Below, in pieces: positions 52,214 to 60,094 of a stretch of DNA of 64,000 nt. Every line of letters begins with the position of its first letter. Within the stretch, counting starts at the first letter, position 1. The notes beneath the pieces are model-generated. The model was not told the DNA's origin, ran no database searches, and saw only the letters and a program-made list of their open reading frames with translations. Source of the DNA: Puniceicoccaceae bacterium (GTDB taxonomy: Bacteria; Verrucomicrobiota; Verrucomicrobiia; Opitutales; JAFGAQ01); the NCBI GenBank assembly GCA_040224245.1, contig JBEGIR010000004.1:26707-90706 (forward strand), in the 5' to 3' direction. Made by a program: the position numbers and the translations under genes.

Positions 52214-53182
52214 CTATGCCTTCGGTTCCGCTGCTGGTGAAGCGTCTCCGGGTTCCATCAAGGGTTTGAGCGGATCAAAATGCGTGTTCTGATAAATAAA
52301 GTTGATCCAGTTCGAATAGAACACCTGAGCATTCGCCAGCCAGCTGCAGCGCGGTTGTTTCGACGGATCATTGTCAGGGAAATAATTTTGAGGCATCTCC
52401 ACGGGTATGCCCATCGCGATGTCCCTGCGATACTCATTTCCAAGGGTGTCACGGTCGTATTCTGGATGCCCCTGCACAAAGACTCTTCTTCCGTTCTGAC
52501 TGGCAATCAGGTGTGTGCCCGCAGTTTCGCTCTCGATGAGAATTTGCAAGTCCTCGACGTTGGCAACCGCCTCCGTCGGAATGCCTGTCCACCGGGAATA
52601 GGGGATATTGACATCGTCATCCATGCTTTGCGTCAGCATGCAGCCGTGTTCGTGATGCACGCGATGCGGAAAGACCCCCAATCGCTTGGTTCCGAGATTC
52701 ACCCGCTTGATCCCGTAGTGGATGTAGAGTCCAGCATGCGATGCCCAGCATCCATAGATGGTGGAGGTGACGTGCGCATCAGCCCACAACACAAAATCCT
52801 TGAACTCTTCCCAGTAGCGCACCTGCTCAAACTCATAGTGTTCCAGATTTGCCCCGGTAATGATCAACCCGTCCAGACCGATTTCCTTGATCTCCGAGAA
52901 CTTCACATAAAATCTCTCGAGGTGATCTCCCGCCGACGCAGACTTGTGGTTGTCAAAATACACCAGGTATGGATTGATCTGGAGCGGCGAACGCGCCAGC
53001 AGGCGCAGATACTGAATCTCCGTTGCCTCCTTGGCTGCAGTGGGCATGAGGTTGAGGATTCCAATATTTTGCGGTCGGATGTCCTGACGCTCCGCCCGGG
53101 ACTGTGGGATCAGCGGAACCCGTTCCTGTTCCAATACCCGGAAGGCGGGCAGTGCTTCGCGATGTGAGACAATCAATGGCAT
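52214..53182 (-). CDS. metA: Homoserine O-acyltransferase, MetA family, 322 aa
   Basis: IGILNLMPTAAKEATE motif, catalytic Cys context IYGCWASHAGLY, and GHPEYD. Confidence 0.9.
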   Translation of the reverse strand: MPLIVSHREALPAFRVLEQERVPLIPQSRAERQDIRPQNIGILNLMPTAAKEATEIQYLRLLARSPLQINPYLVYFDNHKSASAGDHLERFYVKFSEIKEIGLDGLIITGANLEHYEFEQVRYWEEFKDFVLWADAHVTSTIYGCWASHAGLYIHYGIKRVNLGTKRLGVFPHRVHHEHGCMLTQSMDDDVNIPYSRWTGIPTEAVANVEDLQILIESETAGTHLIASQNGRRVFVQGHPEYDRDTLGNEYRRDIAMGIPVEMPQNYFPDNDPSKQPRCSWLANAQVFYSNWINFIYQNTHFDPLKPLMEPGDASPAAEPKA

Positions 53183-53197
53183 GGCTCCGTTTTAGCG

Positions 53198-54505
53198 TTA
53201 ACGAATTTCTCCTTTTCCAAAAATCAAGAACTTGTAGGTGCAGAGTTCCCGCAGTCCCATCGGTCCTCGAGCGTGCAACCGGTCCGTCGAAATGCCAATT
53301 TCGGCTCCAAATCCAAACTCAAACCCATCGGTAAAGCGCGTACTGGCATTCCAGTAGACTGTCGCTCCGTCCACCCCATTGAGGAATTGCTCAGCTACCT
53401 TCGCATCTTCCGTCACAATGGCGTCACTGTGTCCCGATCCATAGGTGTTGATGAAGTGGATTGCCTGCTCGACAGAGTCCACGACCTTGACCGACAGAAT
53501 CAGATCGAGATACTCCTCGGCATAATCTGCTTCACAGACTGGTTTGCAGGGCAGTCCCGCCGATTGCAGCAACGATTGCAGGGGGGCGTCGACACGGAGT
53601 TCCACACCACGCTCTACCAGACGTTTTGCGATGGCCAGCCCGTGTGATTCGAGAACCTCCCGGTGCAGGATCAGGTTTTCAATCGCATTGCAGACTCCCG
53701 GGCGTTGACACTTCGCATTTTCCGCAATCTGAACCGATTGGTCCAGATTTGCTTTTTGGTCCACGTAGAGCGAACAGACACCCGTATAGTGCTTGATCAC
53801 CGGAATCGACGAATTCTCCACCACAAAGCGAATCAGGGCATGTCCACCACGCGGAATAATGCAGTGAATGAAGGCATCCTGCTTGAGCAATACCTGCATG
53901 GCTGCACGGTCCGTCGTGGGGATCAGAGCAACGGCGTCTGCGGGCAGGTTCAGGTCGAGCAGTGCATCGCGAATCAGGGCTGCCAATACTTGATTGGAAT
54001 GGAAGGCTTCCTTTCCACCTCGCAGGATGCAGGCATTGCCTGACTTGAGGCAGAGTGCGGCACAGTCAATCGTCACGTTTGGACGGGATTCGTAAATGAT
54101 GCCAATGACTCCGATCGGTACCCGCACTTTACGAATGTCCAGCCCCTGCGGTGGTTGAAGGCGTTCGATCTCTTCTCCTACCGGATCCGGCAATGCGGCC
54201 ACCTGGCGCAATCCCTCCATCATCTGATCGATCCGGGCATCGTTTAACCGCAGACGGTCGAGCATCGCTGTGGAAAGTCCCTGCGCCTGACCCGCATCAA
54301 TATCCTTTTGATTTGCTTCGCGAATTTCACTGCGGCGCTCATTCAACAGCTCTGCAATGCGATGCAGAACGGCATCCTTTCGATCACGAGGCAGCGCGGC
54401 AATGGGATAGGATGCTGCCCTCGCAGCCTTTGCCATCGCCACAACCTGATTGGCCAATTCGTTCGAAACTTCTTGAGACATAGATGCAACAGCATGCCCA
54501 TTCAC
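53198..54505 (-). CDS. proA: Glutamate-5-semialdehyde dehydrogenase, 435 aa
   Basis: Catalytic Cys context QRPGVCNAIENLILH, GSGHSDAIVTED, and NASTRFTDGFEFG. Confidence 0.93.
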   Translation of the reverse strand: MNGHAVASMSQEVSNELANQVVAMAKAARAASYPIAALPRDRKDAVLHRIAELLNERRSEIREANQKDIDAGQAQGLSTAMLDRLRLNDARIDQMMEGLRQVAALPDPVGEEIERLQPPQGLDIRKVRVPIGVIGIIYESRPNVTIDCAALCLKSGNACILRGGKEAFHSNQVLAALIRDALLDLNLPADAVALIPTTDRAAMQVLLKQDAFIHCIIPRGGHALIRFVVENSSIPVIKHYTGVCSLYVDQKANLDQSVQIAENAKCQRPGVCNAIENLILHREVLESHGLAIAKRLVERGVELRVDAPLQSLLQSAGLPCKPVCEADYAEEYLDLILSVKVVDSVEQAIHFINTYGSGHSDAIVTEDAKVAEQFLNGVDGATVYWNASTRFTDGFEFGFGAEIGISTDRLHARGPMGLRELCTYKFLIFGKGEIR

Positions 54506-54578
54506 GCTACAGAATCAACTTCATTTCTGGGAAGCAGGCTTGTGCTGCAGCTGTGCTTCCATTACGATAGACGTTGTT

Positions 54579-54995
54579 ATGGAATCCAACATACCTACTC
54601 CACCCGAAACCCAATCTCAATCCGGGACCGTATCTGCGTCGGAAAACGAAACCCTGTTCGCCTGCATCACACACCTGATGCCGCTTGCGGGCTTTATCCT
54701 GCCCGCACTGGGAACCCTGCTGGGACCCATCCTCTGGTGGGCGCTGATGAAGGACAAATCTCCCTCCGTGCGCGACCACGGTCCGGAAGTCATCAACTTT
54801 GCGATCAGCTTCAGCATCTACTCACTGGCTTGCATTCCACTTGTATTTCTGCTCATCGGTATTCCGCTGTTGCTGGTGATCACGGTGGCCGTGATTGTCC
54901 TGGCAATCATCGGTGCCGTCAAGGCGGCCAACGGTGAAATGTTTCGCTACCCGCTCATTCTGCGATTTCTCAAACCATCGGAAAGCCAGACATAA
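54579..54995 (+). CDS. DUF4870-like small membrane protein, 138 aa
   Basis: ATG at 54579 (the tracked start at 54540 is TTG). Pattern ACITHLMPLAGFILPALGTLLGPILWWALMKDKSPSVRDHGPEVINF is typical of DUF4870. Confidence 0.6.
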   Translation: MESNIPTPPETQSQSGTVSASENETLFACITHLMPLAGFILPALGTLLGPILWWALMKDKSPSVRDHGPEVINFAISFSIYSLACIPLVFLLIGIPLLLVITVAVIVLAIIGAVKAANGEMFRYPLILRFLKPSESQT

Positions 54996-55028
54996 GTCTG
55001 CAGTAGTGGAGTGCCTGCAAGCAGTTGC

Positions 55029-55454
55029 TCACTGAGCGGCGGGAGCCGATCCCATTGGCATCGGGGGAATCGGACAAACCGCAAGCGGCAGGCTCGCCAG
55101 CGCATTCCCATCCATGCGCAAGTCGACTTGATAGTCACCGAAATAGGGAAATTTTACGCGTACAATGTTGAGCACAAAATTCATGGATCCTGAGTGAGCA
55201 TCACTGCTGAAGTTGACTTCCACTTCACCTTTGAGCGGTTTGATGATGTCGCGTCCGTCCTGATCGACAAAATGAATTTCGAAGGAATGCGTTCCGACCT
55301 CAGCGCGACTGAAGCGTACCCGCATCGCTACGGTACAGCCCTGATAGAGTGTCGGGGTTTCTTTCACAAACACCCGGTCAAATGCACCCAGGACGTTGAG
55401 CTTGCCCATCGTGTCGGTCGCAGCATCACACAGCAAGAACGCTTCCACTTTCAT
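55029..55454 (-). CDS. Hypothetical beta-rich protein, 141 aa
   Basis: ATG at 55454 (MKVEAFLLCDAATDTMGKLNVLGAF...). No catalytic motif recognised. Pro-rich C-terminus. Confidence 0.45.
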   Translation of the reverse strand: MKVEAFLLCDAATDTMGKLNVLGAFDRVFVKETPTLYQGCTVAMRVRFSRAEVGTHSFEIHFVDQDGRDIIKPLKGEVEVNFSSDAHSGSMNFVLNIVRVKFPYFGDYQVDLRMDGNALASLPLAVCPIPPMPMGSAPAAQ

Positions 55455-55616
55455 AGACGATGACTCAAGTGGAAGCGCTGCAGGACTGCAACCTTTCAAT
55501 CATGCCTGAGCAACCCGGACTCAACGAGGAACCGATGCATGGCTGCCAGATGGGTTCCTTCACACTTTCAGAGCAGCGAGGGTTAGTCGCCCCCGCCGCA
55601 GGACCTGCGCTCACCC

Positions 55617-56750
55617 TCATTTCCCGTGCTTTTCACGGTATTCATCGCTCGACCGAATGTGTTTCTTGATTTGCTCAAACGACCACCCCTCGCGAACTCG
55701 CTGCGAATAAAACTGGATGCCATACGGATCCGGCTTTCGATTGAGCAACTCCGCATAGGCAAGATCAATCATCTTTCCCACGGTCTGAGTACGGTACTCG
55801 TGACTTTCGCGAAGGTGGGCATTGACGTCCTCCAGCGACCAGTCCCGGCGTACAATCTCGCGCACCAATGTGTAGGCATCGGCATCGGGTTCACGAAGCA
55901 GTGTTTCCCGGTAGGCGGTTTCAATCAGTCGACGCGGACGATCATAGGTGTATTCGCGGCTCTTTTTAATCATGCTGCGAAGCTTGGACTCATCCCAGCG
56001 GTGACGGATCATGTCCTGCACGTAACCATCCCGTTCACGAGGACTCGGAGTGCGGTCGAGTAAATCCTCATAGGCCCGGACCACATACTTTTCATACCGC
56101 CCGCGGACCAGCTCGGGACTGCTCAGGATATCTTTCCTTACCCGACGCTCGGACCAGCCGTCATCCAGCATCAGTCGACGATATTTGCGCAGCGAGGTTT
56201 CGTCCACTTCCTGGTCCAGTTCGGTCCTGAAAATGTCGGCGATGATCCACTCGACCTCCTCGTTACCGGAGTAGCGATCAAAATCATAGGAGGCATCATC
56301 GCGGTAATATTCGCGCTGGCGTCCACGAAAATCGTCAGCGATTCGGCGATCAAGCTGAGTGCGATTATAACCATGATCGAGGCACAGATCACAATAGGAA
56401 TCCATCTCCATGCGGGTGGGAAGCCGACCAAGGTGTTCTTCAAATGATGCCTCAATCCAGCGGCGGCTTTCGTAGGCATCGCGACTGGAATGACGACGGC
56501 TGTCCCGGCGATCCTGCCCGGAGCGCTCACCTGAGTGGCGGTATTCCAGCTCGCGCTTCAGCTCGGAGTAACTCCAGCGCTCCCGTTCAGTTCGATCCGC
56601 GTAATAATTGAGTTCATCCCTTGTTGGCCGACGGTCGAGCACTGCTTCAAACGCATCATAGACCACATCCTCAACCGACTGGGCGGAAACGGGAGCGACA
56701 AGGGTCAGAAGGGACAACAGGGAGAGGGTATAGATTGCAAGCGTTTTCAT
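55617..56750 (-). CDS. Secreted, highly charged protein with six DUF4214-like repeats, 377 aa
   Basis: Signal peptide ...LVAPVSAQS. The best-conserved repeats read AYEDLLDRTPSPRERDGYVQDMIRHRWDESKLRSMIKKSREY, AYRETLLREPDADAYTLVREIVRRDWSLEDVNAHLRESHEYR and AYAELLNRKPDPYGIQFYSQRVREGWSFEQIKKHIRSSDEYR. Confidence 0.6.
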   Translation of the reverse strand: MKTLAIYTLSLLSLLTLVAPVSAQSVEDVVYDAFEAVLDRRPTRDELNYYADRTERERWSYSELKRELEYRHSGERSGQDRRDSRRHSSRDAYESRRWIEASFEEHLGRLPTRMEMDSYCDLCLDHGYNRTQLDRRIADDFRGRQREYYRDDASYDFDRYSGNEEVEWIIADIFRTELDQEVDETSLRKYRRLMLDDGWSERRVRKDILSSPELVRGRYEKYVVRAYEDLLDRTPSPRERDGYVQDMIRHRWDESKLRSMIKKSREYTYDRPRRLIETAYRETLLREPDADAYTLVREIVRRDWSLEDVNAHLRESHEYRTQTVGKMIDLAYAELLNRKPDPYGIQFYSQRVREGWSFEQIKKHIRSSDEYREKHGK

Positions 56751-56872
56751 GGCGACAATACAGGATTAACAAAGACTTGGTACCCAAAATAGGACGAACA
56801 GTTCGCGCCATTATTCAACTATCAACGGCACTTTCTGTTTGGCCAGGCATGCTCCTGATCGTGATTTGCCAA

Positions 56873-58135
56873 TTATCCAAAGATGCGTAGCCCGTAGGCG
56901 AGCGCGATGCTCACCAGCAATCCGATGATCACCTTGCCCGCATCCCTGCCCATCAATTTTGCGGCAGAACGAAGGGTGAGTCCATCCTTGCGATAGCCCA
57001 GCGAAAATGCAAATTCGCGACCAGCCAATAGGCCGATAAATACCCATGTCGTGCTCATGGGTACATTGCTCTGGATCTTGAAAAAATAAAGCACCACCCC
57101 ATAGATGAGGTCCACGATGGTAGCTGACCGAATGTCATGTGTATTGGTCTTGGTAGTGACAATTTGCTGAATCTTGCCGCCCTTGGTGTAAAAGATGAAG
57201 CCCTGAATCGCGACCATCCAGCATACGCACAGCACGAGTGCGACCGCCGGAAGAGGGCGTGGAACGTAGACAAAAACGTTGGCCATATCCTGAATCAGCC
57301 ACATGCTCCAAAGGAACGCCGTCGAACTCCACTGGGCCAAGACCCACCAGCGCGATATCCCGGTATCGCCCTTGATGCGCCAGTGTTTTTCAACCACACG
57401 CATGACCGTCAGGTAGACGATGATGGCCACTACAAATGCGAGGAAATATCCACTGACCGATTTTACCAGCATCGACCCAAGCACCGCTGGCTGGAAGGTG
57501 ATCAGGATCAGGAATGACGTGCTCACTGGAAACCCAAAATACGTCAGCAGTAGCAAGACAATCGGAGGCAATACGTAATACCACTTGAAAAAATCCCTTA
57601 CATCACGGTGCCCCAACATGCCCTCAATGGCTGCATCCGTTGCACTTGCGGCCTGCTCAAGCAACGCCTGCTGCTGCACATTCCATTCGGGTCGTGAGAC
57701 AGACTCTCGCAGGGATTGCATCTGCGATGACCAGGTTTGCAACTGCTGCTCAAGCAGGGTATTGTCACCGAGATAAACAGTTTCAGCCCCTTTCAGCCCC
57801 TCTCGAATGGACTGAATCCAGCCCCGGACTGAAGAATCCTGGCTGACAATATCGGAAGACTCGACGGCTTGCAGCGCCTGACGGGCACTTTTAAAATCCA
57901 CCATTTTGGCGTAGACTTTGTCGAGGCGATCATAGGACACATCCCCGTTGTAGTTCGCCCAACCATACAGGACCACGGCGACCATGATTGTGCTCGAGTA
58001 GAGCCAGAGCATCCACCACTTTCGGTGTGCGTTGGAATGCAAAAAGGTTCCTAGCGTCTGAATCGAGTCATTCGCGATCACCGAATAGGATGCCAACATG
58101 AACCCAACGGCGATGATGATAAGGGAAGCGTCCAT
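56873..58135 (-). CDS. PiT (PHO4)-family-like permease with an N-proximal soluble insert, 420 aa
   Basis: PiT-like signatures VIANDSIQTLGTF and FPVSTSF in the first half, and QDMANVF and VPMSTTWVFIGLLAG in the second. Hydrophilic, Q-rich segment of about 120 aa at residues 64-185. Confidence 0.45.
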   Translation of the reverse strand: MDASLIIIAVGFMLASYSVIANDSIQTLGTFLHSNAHRKWWMLWLYSSTIMVAVVLYGWANYNGDVSYDRLDKVYAKMVDFKSARQALQAVESSDIVSQDSSVRGWIQSIREGLKGAETVYLGDNTLLEQQLQTWSSQMQSLRESVSRPEWNVQQQALLEQAASATDAAIEGMLGHRDVRDFFKWYYVLPPIVLLLLTYFGFPVSTSFLILITFQPAVLGSMLVKSVSGYFLAFVVAIIVYLTVMRVVEKHWRIKGDTGISRWWVLAQWSSTAFLWSMWLIQDMANVFVYVPRPLPAVALVLCVCWMVAIQGFIFYTKGGKIQQIVTTKTNTHDIRSATIVDLIYGVVLYFFKIQSNVPMSTTWVFIGLLAGREFAFSLGYRKDGLTLRSAAKLMGRDAGKVIIGLLVSIALAYGLRIFG

Positions 58136-58218
58136 AACCGCTCCAAGAAAGCACCGAAATCCCCCGCAGCTGTCAATCCCAGTATCGTTCCTTTTTTCCT
58201 TCCCTGCCGATCACTGAT

Positions 58219-58238
58219 GGTTGCCCCAACAGGCAACC
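58219..58238. terminator. Hairpin between the histidine kinase gene and the PiT-like gene
   Basis: GGTTGCC-ccaaca-GGCAACC, a perfect 7-bp stem 29 nt downstream of the kinase stop (minus strand). No U-run. Confidence 0.3.
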
Positions 58239-58266
58239 CACCAATACGTAATCACATGAATCCCGC

Positions 58267-59979
58267 TCAATCCGCATGAACGGGCAACCAAAACCGAAAG
58301 GTCGTGCCGCGCTCCGAACTCTCGAGGATTTCGATGTTGCCACGATGATCCCTCAGGATGCGTTTGACGATGGCCAGCCCAAGTCCAGTTCCATTGGATT
58401 TTCCGGTGAGAAAGGACTCAAACACAACCTCCCGAATGGGTTCCGGAATGCCGGTTCCGGTATCACAAACGTCAAAAAAGATCTGATGCCCGTCAGGGGA
58501 TCGATGGGAGCGTATGCAGATTTCCCCTCCGTTCGGCATCGCTTCCTCCGCATTGATGAAGAGGTTGAGAAAGACCTGCTGGATTTGCCCCTTGTTGCAG
58601 TTGACCACCGCATTGTCGCTCTCGAGAAAAGTCACCTTGATCTGGCTCCGGCGCAGTTTGAATCGCACCAGCCGGATGCAGTCATTGACAATGTCGTGGG
58701 TGTTCCAACGTCCAAAGATCTGACTCTGGCTCTTTCCAAAATCAAGCACTCGCCCTACGATCTCCCCCAGATTGTCGATGTTGTCTGTCACCACTTTGAT
58801 GTCCCGGTTTCTGGGATCGGATTCGGGAATGTCGAGGCTGAGGCTTTCGACCAGCAGGCGGATGACGGTCAGAGGATTGCGGATCTCGTGGGCAATCTCC
58901 GACGCAAGCGTACCGAGCGTGGTGAGTCGCTCGCTCTGGCGTAACAGATTCTCACTGTCCATGATGCGGGTGTAGAGTTTCGAGTTTTCAATCGCAAACG
59001 CACCAATGTCTGCCAGTGCCCCGAATACCTGTTTTTCCGTGTTTGAAAACCGATACGGCACGGAGGTGTATGCATTGAGAACCCCGATCACCTGTTCTTC
59101 GTAGACCAGTGGAGTACACAGCATGCCGACGATGCGATCCCGAGCATCCAGTCCGATGAAATGGTGTTCCTCAGTCTGGGCAAGATTCGAAACCTCCACA
59201 ATCTTGCAATGGGTCACCGCAGCCCCCATTGAGGTCTCCTGGAGGGAGACCGTCTCGATATGCTCACGTCGACCTTCCCGGTCAATGAGCACTTCCAACT
59301 CCAGCAGATCCGGAGAACGCAGCAGGAACAGCGAACACATCTCGCAGTTGATGATGCGTCGGGCCTCTGAGGTCAGGTCCGCCAAAATACCGTCCAGTTC
59401 GAATCGGTTCGACACCTTGCCGACCATTTTCACCACGGACTCCAGTTGCTTTGATTTTGTCTTCAGGTTGACGACTCTCCAAATCCGATGGAGCACCCGA
59501 ACCAAAGCATCGGCAACCACTTCGAGTTCCTCCAGATTTTCCGGGGAGAAACGGTGTGTTTTTCGGCTCTCCAGCGAGAGCACTCCCAAAGTCGTCGATT
59601 CATACCGCAGGGGGACGGCCATCACGGATCGCAGTCCGTCCACGATGCGCACATAGCGGGAATCACTTGTCACATCGTCGGAGAGCAGGCTGCGGTTGTG
59701 CAGGGCGACCCAGCCAGTAAGTCCAACCCCCATCGGCAGGGTCCATTCCCTGCAGTTATCGGGAAGTCCCACAAATGCCTCAATGTCCAACCGGTGGGTG
59801 CCCGGATTGAACAGGCTGATCGTGCCATACCCTACCTCAAAATAACGCACAACCTCCACAAGCACGGATTGCATCACTGCTTGCGGGTCTTCACTGGTGT
59901 GGATGCTCTCTCCAATGTGGTAGAGCAACTGGAGAAATCGAATATCCTGAACGTTCGAGCTCATGAAAAATGGCAGCAA
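58267..59979 (-). CDS. Cytoplasmic GAF-GAF sensor histidine kinase, up to 570 aa
   Basis: Two GAF-like domains, then H-box LASEIAHEIRNPLTVI, N-box LNLFINAEEAMP, and G-boxes DTGTGIP and [13 protein letters not shown]. No TM helices seen. Confidence 0.85.
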   Translation of the reverse strand: MLPFFMSSNVQDIRFLQLLYHIGESIHTSEDPQAVMQSVLVEVVRYFEVGYGTISLFNPGTHRLDIEAFVGLPDNCREWTLPMGVGLTGWVALHNRSLLSDDVTSDSRYVRIVDGLRSVMAVPLRYESTTLGVLSLESRKTHRFSPENLEELEVVADALVRVLHRIWRVVNLKTKSKQLESVVKMVGKVSNRFELDGILADLTSEARRIINCEMCSLFLLRSPDLLELEVLIDREGRREHIETVSLQETSMGAAVTHCKIVEVSNLAQTEEHHFIGLDARDRIVGMLCTPLVYEEQVIGVLNAYTSVPYRFSNTEKQVFGALADIGAFAIENSKLYTRIMDSENLLRQSERLTTLGTLASEIAHEIRNPLTVIRLLVESLSLDIPESDPRNRDIKVVTDNIDNLGEIVGRVLDFGKSQSQIFGRWNTHDIVNDCIRLVRFKLRRSQIKVTFLESDNAVVNCNKGQIQQVFLNLFINAEEAMPNGGEICIRSHRSPDGHQIFFDVCDTGTGIPEPIREVVFESFLTGKSNGTGLGLAIVKRILRDHRGNIEILESSERGTTFRFWLPVHAD

Positions 59980-60065
59980 TCACATGGGGTTCAAAATGCG
60001 TCTTCTTTGCATACCGACCTGCAGACTCACCTGCAAGCCCGATACACCTCTGCTTCGCTCTTGGC

Positions 60066-60083
60066 GCATTGCGGGTGCAATGC
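60066..60083 (-). terminator. Short hairpin downstream of glnD
   Basis: GCATTGC-gggt-GCAATGC (7-bp stem), 12 nt after the glnD stop. No U-run, so weak. Confidence 0.25.
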
Positions 60084-60094
60084 AGGCACCACCC

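Noticed and set aside
52280-53167. 295-aa plus-strand ORF
   Set aside because: Antisense shadow of metA, which has the NLMP motif and the catalytic Cys context.
57781-57800. Tandem direct repeat tttcagcccc x2; also checked as a possible CRISPR or microsatellite seed
   Set aside because: There are only two copies. It lies inside the PiT-like CDS and is read through in frame (...GLKGAE...). No spacer-repeat periodicity exists anywhere in the window, so there is no CRISPR array.
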